This document shows, one piece after another, positions 1 through 11,713 of a stretch of DNA of 64,000 nt. Source of the DNA: Utricularia gibba (taxonomy: Eukaryota > Plantae > Magnoliophyta); assembly GCA_002189035.1 (NCBI GenBank), contig NEEC01000007.1, positions 1,240,001 through 1,304,000 on the forward strand, read 5' to 3'. The first letter of the stretch is position 1. Each line of letters opens with the position of its first letter. The notes under the pieces are model-generated. The model searched no databases and was not told the DNA's origin. It saw only the letters and a program-made list of their open reading frames with translations. The position numbers and the translations under genes were made by a program.

Positions 1-198
1 AGGCCTCGTCCTCTACAAGAACAAGATGATGCCCGCGAGGAGGACGACGCCGTTTTGTGGACGAAGGCGATCTTGAAGGGAGATAGGTGCCGGCCGATCA
101 ATTTCTCCGGCCGGATCCTCTACGATTGTCAGGGGAAACTTTTGCCCACGCCCACCCCCACGCCCGTACGGTCCAACGGTGGTTCGGTGTGTAGTTAG
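1..198 (+). CDS. 3' end of a conserved plant small protein of unknown function (5' part outside the window)
   Basis: Frame 1 is open from base 1 to TAG at 196-198: ...DDAVLWTKAILKGDRCRPINFSGRILYDCQGKLLP.... This matches the recalled motif W-x-K-x-IL-x-G-x-KC-x-P-x-x-FSG-x-I-x-YD-x-x-G of an uncharacterised plant family. Confidence 0.65.
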   Translation, partial: RPRPLQEQDDAREEDDAVLWTKAILKGDRCRPINFSGRILYDCQGKLLPTPTPTPVRSNGGSVCS

Positions 199-518
199 TA
201 AGCGACGGAACTCAACTTGTAAATTAATATAAATAATGATAATTATAATAAATAAATAAAAGTGTCATATTATATACTTCCTCTTTATTTAATATATAAT
301 AGTTTTTTTGTGTATTATTTGTACAATTAGAATAAAAAAATATAATATTTAAATATAAATAAAAAAGGGCAATGCTTGGGCCACGCTGGGTGCATATCTC
401 ATGATGGATGACTCTTACAGCCCCGGCCCGTTTGGTTCAATTTGGATAAGCCCAAGTTGCATCCCATGACCCGTCGTCTATCCGCCGCCACAACCATCGA
501 CGCCGCCGCACGGCAGCG

Positions 519-674
519 GTAAGTCCGCGTTTATGGGAGCATTTTGGAGCTCTCATCTTGATTTCGCGATCGCATCTCCATTTCGTCAGCTCCTGCTGTT
601 TCCATTTGATCTATTCTGCTGCTTATCGTAGTTTTTTTTTTTCGCTTATTCCTAATTTGTGATTTTGTTTGCAG
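519..674 (+). other. Probable 5'UTR intron of the gene starting at 742
   Basis: Donor GCG|GTAAGT at 519, U-rich body and TTTGCAG| acceptor at 674, upstream of the ATG at 742. Site II-like motifs (TGGGCC/AGCCCA) lie upstream. Confidence 0.6.
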
Positions 675-741
675 AGAAGGGAAAAAGGGAGTAACTGTGA
701 GCTTAATTGCCTGTGCTTTGGCACCCTACTGAAAGAACACT

Positions 742-1604
742 ATGCATACAATGTCGTCCGTCATTGGGCTTGATCCTTTTTCTGTCCGCGCCCCCCTGCA
801 GTCGACGTCTCTGTGTACGTTTCAATGGAATCCGAAGTTTTCTCTACATGCCAAAGTTCCCAAGGCCAAATGCTTATATCCACTTCGGTTTCCTGTTTCT
901 CCTGTGCTTTCTTCCAACGATGATGCTGTAAGTGTATTGGATTTTGAAGATTTTGCGGAGAAGAACTGGTCAATCCTGGATATGGAATACTCTAATGCTG
1001 ATGGACAGCTTATGCAGAAGATGGATAGAATAATTTCTGCAGGAAACATCAATGAAACTTCAAGGATTCTGGTTTCTTTTGGTTCAGAAGCTTTTGTAGA
1101 CAGACTGGTTTCCTCATCAGCTTTCCAACATCTACTCGTCGTTCACGACTCGCTTTTCGTGTTAGCATCCATCAAAGAGAAGTACGATAAGATCAAATGC
1201 TGGCAAGGGCCACTCAATGATATACCTGGCAAGTGGTCACCTTTTGATGTTCTGTTTCTCTGCTTCCTTCCTGCCTTGCCTCTTGATCTGGATCAGGTTC
1301 TCGCATCCCTTGGGAAACACTGTTCGCCCGGTAAGATTAAGGCCGAATATTGAGTCGATGAAGTGGTTTTACTATGCTTTCTCATATGAGCCATGGACAT
1401 GCAGGAGCCAGGGTGGTTATAAGTCATCCCCAAGGCAAGCAAGGTATTGAAGAACAAAAACAGAAATTCCCAAATGTGGTGGTCTCTGGTTTGCCCGAGC
1501 AAAGAACATTACTACAAGCTGCTGCGGAACATCAGTATCATGTGGTGGAAACTATCGATGATGGGGGATTCTACCTCTCCGTTTTGCAGCTCAATACTGT
1601 GTAA
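742..1604 (+). CDS. Plastid-targeted protein, probably SAM-methyltransferase-like fold; 2 exons (intron 1331-1404)
   Basis: S/P-rich transit-peptide-like N-terminus. Splice G|GTAAG...GCAG|GA joins ...KHCSPG to ARVVISHPQG... in frame, ending TAA 1602-1604. Product assignment is from family recall (VLDFEDF.EK.WS, ARVVISHPQG). Confidence 0.75.
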
Positions 1605-1918
1605 AATGCTTGGCAGCTTCCAGTTTTGACTTGACAATCAACATTACTCCTCTAGTTTACACTTCTGAAGGGAGCATGTATTGTGTGGCCAAAGGCAATA
1701 TTTTACAAAGAAAATTATGGCTAAGTGTGAGCTACCGATCAGACAAACGGCTTCTTGGCCTCATACTGCAGAGCAGCAAGCTAGAAGCTAAGTTTATACT
1801 ACAGAAATATGCTGATCTCTATTGAAATCTGCAGCTGCATAACATCAATGATGGATTCTGTCTAAAGAAAAACGGAGCTATAGAGTGAGTGCTTCCACCA
1901 ATCAAACAAATCAACCCA

Positions 1919-4900
1919 CTACTGGTATCCTTCACCTGTATAACACCATAAACACAACCATTCACCTGGAATGCAATCTAAAGCTTTGATCGTCCTTCGA
2001 CGCCATATCGCAGTTTCGGGGTCGAATCTCAGCTCCCATGTTGGCCAGTAGTGCAAGTCCTGCTTCAGGGTCAGTACCCGGGGCTTCCCGTTCAAGTGGA
2101 TCGTTCGTACGCGGACGAACTCGCCATGCTCAATTTCCTGCACCAACAACAAGGCTATGAGGCAGCTGCTGCTTAGTGTGTTATTTGCTTGAAGGGCAGC
2201 ATGTCAAGTGATGCAGACCTTTGTGACTTCAACCAAAGCATCCAAATCTGGAGTTGGTTTACCATTTACTTCAACAATCCATTGGAGAGCATACAAACCA
2301 TATCTGTGCACCGGACTCCCATGGCACCACCTGAAAGTATATGCATTCAATCCATTGGAGAGCATACAAACCAAATCTGGAGTTACTCGAAAACCTTCGA
2401 AAATCATGCCTAAACCAGACAAGTTTGAGAGTAATAACCTTGCAACATATACACCATGTCCCTCCTCGGGTAAAAATCCAAGAGCTCGAACAGCAGAATG
2501 AGGATCCTGGACAATACACCCACACCAATTTATCACTCGTGTGGTTCCATTCCCATCTCTCATATCTGTTCCCACAACAAGCTCAATTTCACGGCTCTGC
2601 AATAAAATCAGAGAAGGCATGTTCTTCAGAAAAACACGCATACAGCTAGAATTTGGCATTGCAGAGTACTTGCTTTGCTGCCTCGATAAAAAATTTGCCA
2701 TGTACAACGGAACCTGGCGAAAAATCGTCAATTCAAGCTTGTCATCAGTGCCATTGTCCCGGCCTAAACCTTGGCATGCGTATTCAATATCCAGAAAACA
2801 TGTCACAGGTTCTTTATTGATTGCCAAAACCATGTCACCCTGCTCAAGTAGATTTTCTGCTTTGGATCCTGACAGACAGCCTTTAACACGTAATACTTGA
2901 CGCCTGATTGGATCCTTTTTAACTAATGCCTGTGATAAGTAAAAGAAAGCAATGGTAAACAACATGAACCTCACAGTGAAAAGTATCACAGATAGTCGAC
3001 AATTATTTAAGATGGACAGCAAGCATGTTACCTGGATCCAAGCATCACTCAAACCAAAGCTACGAGCTTTGGATAGCAAAGTTGGATAAAGCTCAACTTC
3101 AAGTATTCGAACAACTGGCATCGGCCTTTTGATTCCATTAATCAAGAGAACAGGACCGTTCACACCACACAAGATTTTATCGAGAATGTAGCTTATTGAG
3201 TGAATTGGGATACCACGGACAAATTGATGATCCTCAGATGAAGTGCAACCATACTTAAGCTGCAGAATTCCAATGCAAGAATGAAATTAAAGAATGTCGC
3301 TTAAAGCGGCTTTAGTGTCAGCGAACAAACATTGCAGACCTGTGTCGAAAAGCTTCCCCAAATAGCCTTAACCCTTCCAAGATCATCTGTCAGAACTCCA
3401 GAAAATGTACTGCCAAAATCTGAAAAGAAGACGCAAGACCAGTGAACAAGAGATCAACTCAAACAGATCAGGCTGCAAATGAGTAACCAAAAGGTGATAA
3501 ATTTCAGTTTAACGCACCAGTGTCCAGCTCAATGACTTCCATATTCGTTGCCCTGTACCTTGGACAGTCAGCTGAGCCAATATTGAGAGCAGCAGAAGGG
3601 TTGGTTACAAAGGATTTCCGAGATGTTGCCTGTAAGCTCCTACTTAACCCAACAAGGCACACAGAATCTCCACGGCGCAATGCAGGTTCTGCATTTGTAG
3701 GTGATAAGAAAAGGACAAGAGAAAGACAGAAAAAAAATGGAAGGGTTGATGGAAGCCATAAGCACCAACCTGGAAGAAGTTCAGCAGCCCGAACTAAGGA
3801 AGAGCCCACACCGAGAGCAGAAGGGTCATATGCAACAATTGCAAAATTGTGCACAGGATGGAGAAAAACAACCTGTCAAGCAAGAAGTTGAGTAAAAAAA
3901 ACTAGCTGGTAACACAACTAATCTCCAATGTTAGTAGTACCTCGCCGGGAATTTCTATTGGATAAGCAGCAAATGACAGCATGACATCAGAAACAGATAC
4001 AGCAACAGTATTCTTGTCAACAGCGACCAATCCCATGGTTTGAGAGTGGTGTATAATTACACCAGTTCCAAAGAAATGCTGTGAGTGCACGCCATCGAGC
4101 ATACAAGATGATGGCACATGAACCTGCAAATTAAAGTAGAACAATAATTTTTTTGGAACTCGAAAAAAATATTTCAGAAATTAATCACCAAAAAGCATCG
4201 AAAAATACAATGATTTGGATGAATAAATAAGCAGCCTATAATCTGATTTATGTTACAGCTTTACCTCCAGCATCACAAGGGTTGGCTCAATAACATGCTC
4301 AGTAGCAGAAGAATTTGATGCAGCAGCTTCCGCACCTTGGAAATCTCCTGCAGCTGTTTCACTTTCAGATCCAGGGTCTCCATGCCTTTCTTCCCTAGGT
4401 TCATGTAAAGAACATTCAGGTATTAGACCTCCATCAGCAGGCAAATCCTCCCCCACTCTCCGTTTTTTTGTTCCAGAGTCAGATTCAGCTGGAGAGTGTG
4501 ATCCCTCACCCATATTCTCAGAGCTACTTTCCATGCTAGTCACATTATCCATTGGTTCTTGCCCAACACATTCATGTTGCCCTATCAGGGTGTCCTCAGC
4601 ATCAAATGGTGAATCATTATTTCTTGTCAGATCATGTTCACTGGGATTAATCTGTGGTGACAAGAGAGGAGAGTCCGGGGGCAAAACAGGATTTACAATC
4701 CATAAGCCAGAACTGTCATTGCGGGTGTATATTTGAGGGGGCGCATACCACTCATGGCGGTCAACAGTGACGAGGACAGACTGCAGAAAGAAATTCTTTC
4801 AACAATGAAGCCATATTGAGTACACAACATTTTTCTTAAGATGGTGACACGATATCTCAAAAGATCACAAAGATAAAATTGTGTGATGCATTCATATACA

Positions 4901-7900
4901 CTATCCTTTCCTTGTAACAATGTGCTCATATAGAAGGTCAAACCAAATTTTGGGGAACACAATCTTTAACCATGAAAGCAGTCAGCGAAATTGAAGATGC
5001 CACCAATACCTTTCTCCTATGACGATCTGTGTAGTTTATGTACTCCAAAGGTACCCTTGCACCCCTGGATAATTTTGACAGAGCAGCGATAAAGTCTTCA
5101 AGTCGTGCTATGTCTTTGCCATCAAACTTCTTAATAATAGCATGGCGTGGAACTCCAGCTCTAAAAAGCATGTACCTAAAATCAATAATAAAAAAATTCA
5201 GTTACAAAAACTTGTTAAAATATGAATAAAAGCCACCAGAAGCAAAATATCAGCTTACTCTTCGAGCATAAAAGAAAAATGCTAATCTAGTGAAACAGAG
5301 TATGAATGCATCCATACCCTTGTTCAGCAACGTATACCAAGCCACACTGGAAGCGAAAGTTCCTAGCCTGTCAAATAGTATCATGGCAAACACAACCCGC
5401 ACTCATTAGTAATCAGGCAAGGAAGGAATGAGAATAACCATCACATAGATGAGAAGGAACGGAGCCTTGCATCAAGAACAAGTTACAAGGTACAAAAAGT
5501 TGACAGATGAGCCATAAAATAATGCATCGAGCCATAGAGACACGTAATAATGACCATTATCATCATGAAACAACCCAAAACTTTGAATCCAACACACCTG
5601 TTGATACGAAAGAGGGTGAATAACAGCCCCGCTTACTTCAATGAAGTGATCAGGAGTAATGGAGTGTAAATCCTGAACCTGAAAGATATAAGACAAAGAA
5701 ACGTATGGGATTCAGCTTCCAGAAATACAACCATTCCATGTTCAAATACTACGCCAATACTAGATAAAGGAGCACAAGCTAAAAGCAGAAAGGATCGGGA
5801 AGATGCAAGCCAGAAAATAATGCTGCATAACTAGCTGCAAACAACTTGTCACACGAAAATTAAGAAAACAGGAGCAACTTGCATCCAAGAAGAAGCAGGG
5901 ACAAATGAGAAAAGTTCAGAGTAAATGCTCCAATTAATATTGACTCGCATTTCACCTTCAAATTCACTGTCATTGGTTTGCCCCCTCTTTCAATCTGCAG
6001 TTCGACATTCTGGTCGACACTATTGTCAAGTAAATCCTCCATCCTCAGGAACTGTGTGGTCACCTGTTCGAGTTCTTATAAGTATCTTCGTAGAAAGGCA
6101 GGGTTAAAAAAAATAAAAAAAACAGCAGGAACCATCCAACATAATATGGTATGTGTCAAAGTACACAAAACATTTTTATGAACTAATAAAAAATGGGCAA
6201 GTCATAGCTCCTACCCACGTAAAACATTAGCAATTTCAGTCTAGAACAAACTACAGGTAAGGAAAAGCAAAAATGTTATGTACTCAGGGTAACCCAATAA
6301 GTAACAAGCAGGAATATCCCTGCTAACGGGGAAATAGGTTTCTCAAACAAAAAGTAGGATACCTCCCCATTCAAACGAACAAGCACATCACCTGGCTCCA
6401 ATTGTTTATGGGCTGGGCCCTCTGGCACCTAAAACCAAAGCAATATTTCTGACTTCATATAACGAAGAATAAAACTAAACACTGGCTCCTGGTTTCATGT
6501 AAAAGAATTAATTAAGAAAAGGACAAATAAAATCACGCACCACAGAATCAACAACAAGCATCCCCGTTTCTCCAGGTGGAGAAGCATGGCGTACTAGCTG
6601 AATCACAAAATCAAATTAAGACATAAGCAAATACGAACTTCAAGGACATAATAGAAGAGGTGCCACGCTAAAGAAACCACCTGTTCTGTTTCACATCTGA
6701 GCCCAAGACGGCGTGTCTCATCAAATCCTTTGTGAAGAAAAGTGGTCTGATATCATGACCGTGTTAATTCAAGTAAAATACACACAAACTTTTACTGGAA
6801 AATATTTCCCTAAGAACTAAAGCATCTTCTAAAGATCGCCTAAAGAAGCTTAGCTTTCTTAAAATGATCTTCACATAAGGGTGTTGGAAAATTGGGTATG
6901 GCTGATACACTCAGTAGCGATTTGCACAACTTTTACTACCAACCCATTTGGTGAAAGAAGCAAAATTTAACCATTGGAAGTTTTTCTGTATCATAACTAA
7001 CCTAGGGGAAGATGAAGTGGCCAAGGTTGATTTGCAACTGTAAATGCTGTAAATAAGATTAGCATATATTTGTTCTATTTCGTTACAAAATTCCAAAAAT
7101 TAAAAATCTATGCGATCATGTCAACACCCCTTTGTTCACATGCAGTATGAGAAGAGCACCGCACAAGCTTGTCAAGGAAGAACACAACAAACCTGAAGCG
7201 TACCACGGGGAATGGTAACAGCCTCCCATATATTAGTAATGGCGTCTCTACCCCTCTGTAGAAATTGCAGCGCCCTAACAACCTGCACCAAAAGTATTAG
7301 AGCTTTTACATGTGCAGAAAATGTCATTATGTGTGTTTCCATTCACTAACATTACAAATAGAAAGAAAACCCGACCAAACAATCAAGAATTACAAGAAGT
7401 GCAAAAGGAAAGGATAAAGAATTGCGCTCTTAAAAAAGAAATAAATAAAGGGTCATAGATAAAGGAAAAACCATGAGCCCTGTAACAAGTGGCGAAAAGT
7501 CCTAATTTCAGCAACTGTTGCAATTAAAGTATCAAAGAAAAAATAAAAAGGAATGCATGATGGCCATAGTACATCATAACAGATACAGACTTTACTGGTA
7601 AAGATAATTAATGAATCAGCTGGTGACTAGTCAAGGAATCAAACTGTTATGATGAAAAAATCAGCAGAATTGAAAAAATTCATACATTTCCTGAAGGAAG
7701 ATAAAGGCAAAAGAAAAGTCAAGGCATACACTGAAACAAGATGAAGCCTATCTTAATTCTATGATTGGAAGTAGAATATAATTGTCAAGATTAGAAAGCA
7801 AAAACAAAAATGAGACATCAGCTGTATTTGCAAGAAAATAGTTCTGATATTGAATTCTTACACGTTCCAAAGGTAAAAAGAATGCTGAAGCACTCGATGT

Positions 7901-9612
7901 CTTGCTCCCAGCATTCAAGGCAACAGCTCTCCCTTGCCAATCAATGACAGGGGAGCCACTCGAACCACCTTTGGTTCCTGATGCTGCCTGTGTAAGTAGA
8001 GACCGGTAAAAGAATAGCTAAATGTAACTGTGGCTAGATAATCGGTAGTCCCCACCCCGAAAACAATGACAAATGAGTACAAGAATACAAGGAAATCAGA
8101 TGCGTTCACCAGCCCATCATTAGATAAAAGTCATTAACAATTCAGTAGATCACTCCATAAAGAATTTTTTTTTTTTAAAAAAAAAAATGATCTGCAAGCC
8201 ACCGTAGGGAATCACCACATGTTATAAGAGAGTAGAGCATAGGAACTAAATCTTTTTTGTAATTCCAGACAGCCCAGGAGTAACCACAAATAAGCATCTG
8301 CCATCAAAATACTTGCCTGCATGTAGAAGGTGTTGAAGTCATTATAGCCATCCCTGCAAAAAATATATAATTATCATCGGCATCTTAGAATCTAGGAGAC
8401 ACACTCAACAGCTGATTATATAGAACACAAACTTCTTATAGTGTGGCGCATCTCTATCCAGACGAGCAAGGGTACCAGCCAAAATGGAGACCTGTGGATT
8501 CAGAAAAAAGTGAGAAACTACCAACAGAATCACAGGACTGTGCCCTTAGTACCAAGCATATTCATTATTTCCTACAGAATCAGCTAACCTTTGGAGATAA
8601 ACACAAACAGATTAGGAAACAAAAAACTCATACTGACTTCTTAAACATCGGAGACCGAATTGAAATACTTGTGACATACAAATGTGGGGCCAAGAAATGT
8701 AACACGGATTTGATTCTGAATACTGTTCAGAAAATGGTAAACATACGCAGGTAAAGTTCCAACATTTTATTGGTTCTTAGGGAAACCCAGCATGATCTGC
8801 ATACCTTCTCTCCACTGTCATTCCCAACAACTCTAATTTCAAGCCCTACACATGCTGCCTCTGGTGCAAGAGGAATCTCCTCGTAGCTAAGGAACTGAAT
8901 GGCAGCAGGGTCATAACGAAAGAAACCAAAATCGTGAACCTAAAGAAATTTAGAGGCAGTGTCAATTACCAGGATTAGTCCAAAAATCCTACCATTACAT
9001 GTAAAAAGGAATCATGAACAATTGACTACATCATAACCAAGAAATGAGTAGCTTGTCGTCAGTGAGATGGTCGGGCAGAGGAACATTCCACCAGACCAGG
9101 ATGAAATGTATATGGTGAATCTAAGAATCATGAAAAAGACAAAGTGAAAGTAATGAATAGTAACTACTAACAGGGTCTCTATATATTGGATAAACTGGAA
9201 TTTCTTCACGGTTCACAAACATGGCTTCGGCAACAACGGGCCCTACACCCAAAAAAAAAAACATCAGAAGTCATTCATCCACCTCAAGAAACCTGCAATG
9301 GTATCATAAACAGGGAAAAGAACAAAACTTCTAACCTGGTTTGACAACGTGGCGATTAGTGAGAATGATCCCGCGAAACTTATCGACAACGAAGCCAGTC
9401 GCGTAGGACGCGCCGGCCAGCTCAGTGTCGAATGCACGGCAGGCCGTGGTGCGGAGAACGACGACGGCGGGCACAACCTTGTTAAGTGCCTTCCGCCAGT
9501 CTTCAGCGGTTGCCAGGTTCTCCTTAAACGGAGGGTCGATCTCCATGCTCAGATCCTCCTTCATGCTCGTCTCCATCCCCGCCAACGCCGTCTCCGATCC
9601 CAACCTCTCCAT
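1919..9612 (-). CDS. DEG7: Protease Do-like 7 (DegP7/HtrA family, Nma111-like), more than 20 exons
   Basis: Starts [31 protein letters not shown]. Contains catalytic motifs [18 protein letters not shown] and GGSSGSPV, followed by PDZ and second protease-like halves. Exons traced to ...[20 protein letters not shown]... and stop at 1919. Confidence 0.97.
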
Positions 9613-10301
9613 TGACTGTTTCAAACACACCCTCAAGTGGCACAACAAGAAAAAAAAAGCTCTCTTTCCACGACCCAATCAATCAAATCCTCAAATTCCC
9701 TCTCCTAGTCTTGCAACGAATTGAAAAGAACACTAAATCCACGATGCCAATCGATCAAGATAGACCCCCACCCCCACCCCCAGACAGAATATTCCGACGG
9801 GTATATTGCCGTTGCAATCGCTGTTATAGACGTGGACGCTGCTACTTTATCAAATGTTTGCTTCCTCTTTCCCCCTTCAGCATCACGAGTCAAAGTCAAA
9901 TTATCATTTTACCGTTGCGTTAATTCCATTTCAAGCTGTTAATATCCATCCATCCGATCACCAAACACCAAAAAGTACAGGCGTTAAATAAAGCTCTGCA
10001 GTTTTCGATGTCGATGTACTTTGTTTTGGTTTTCCTGCTGGAATCAAAAACACAGAACACAAAGGAATGAAATGAAAAAATGCAGGCACAGGCGCAGCCA
10101 TGAGCATCAGCAGTTAGGTTGCAGATCATTGGGCCTCATTGAATACAAGCCCATGGATCACCAAATCTCAACCGGCCCACTTACACCCCAACAGACAATT
10201 GGGCCACGAACACACACCAAATCAGGAATATAATTAACCATGTGTTTGATAATATATTATATAAGATTCATATTTAACTTAACACATAAAATATTATTTG
10301 A

Positions 10302-10419
10302 TTAATTAAAATATATATTTTAATCATATATGATTACACCAGTTACATACTTATTTTTAGGGTTAATTAAAATATATATTTTAATCATATATGATTACAC
10401 CAGTTACATACTTATTTTT
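10302..10419. repeat. Perfect 57-bp direct tandem repeat (period 61)
   Basis: 10302-10358 is identical to 10363-10419 (ttaattaaaatatatattttaatcatatatgattacaccagttacatacttattttt). Confidence 0.9.
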
Positions 10420-11713
10420 TGAATATGTGATTAATATAATCAAATGAAGTGGAAGAAGCATTAATTATATTTATATCAGGATATATATATTTTTGGATAT
10501 TCTATAGTATAATATAGAAGATCTCAATTACATTGTATTTAAACATATTCATATTCTATTATCAAACGAAATTTAAGTATTAAATTAGGGATATTTTCTA
10601 TTTACATATTTTATTAAATATATAATATTTAATTTCTAAATATTTTAATTATAGTAAAATTAGAAATTTAAATCTTACGATTAAATTCAAAAATTATTAA
10701 TTTCCTATTTTATTGATTAAATAAAAATTAATTATAAAAATTATATTCATTATTTTTTATTTATTTCAAATATATATGTATACCATAGCATTGAATTTTA
10801 TATTAATATTTTTAAAATATGTTGAACTCATTTAGGTTGAATTTTATTTATTATTTAATAATTTATTATTTAAATGAATTGAACCCATTACCCAATTTGA
10901 TAATAATTAAAAAAATAAAGCAGGTTTAATTAGGGAGACCCCCAAGTTGACAACCACTGAGGTTGGGAATGGGTACAATTAAGATGACCACATAGAGGCT
11001 AGATGGTGGTCACCTACTGCCTCCCCCCCTCCCCCCTCTGCTCTTCTTAGCTCATTGCTTTCGCCATACGTCGAATCCTTCTTCCTTCTCTACCTTCATC
11101 GTGTTGCATTCATGGAAAAAGCAAAATACTTGAGATTCTATGCCTATTTTCCGTAGATGCGTCTTGAGATGCTTCTGGGTTTTTTAAGGTTATGCATGCG
11201 AGTGAAGGAGACGTTTGTGGTGTAATGGCAGCTCGCATGGGCTACTGAACACAAGTTTGAATTTTCAATGCTGAATGGTGCTCTGGGTATTCTTCTTTCA
11301 TGCTCTCTGAGACTTGAAAGTCAATGATTTGCAGGTTGCTGCTGTTCAAGCCTTGCTTCGGGATCGGGTTTTTTTCTTTTTTGGGTGTACGTGAAAACAG
11401 GAGTAGTGCATTTATTCAGTTCATCGGAATCAATCCTCTGCTTTATTGCACCTGTGCCACTTTCAGTGGTTGGTTGTTTACGCTTTTCTTGGATTCGAGA
11501 ATAATCAGTCGTCTTCTTGAGTTATGGGGGTTTTGCATTTTCATCACAAAGGAATCAAATCCACTCTACATGGGTTCTTCTTTTCTTTCTTCGCTTGAGT
11601 GATTCTGTGTATCCTCTACCTTGAAGCAAAGTTCATCTTGACTTTTCTCTTTATTCCTCATGTGTAGTTTGTTTCTTGCGCGTGTTTTCTGAGTTCATCG
11701 TTATTTCCGAGAA

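Noticed and set aside
1919-1985. DEG7 C-terminal extension of about 20 aa ([19 protein letters not shown]) beyond the recalled Arabidopsis end
   Set aside because: C-termini vary freely and I cannot assign any motif. It may reflect simple stop-codon loss.
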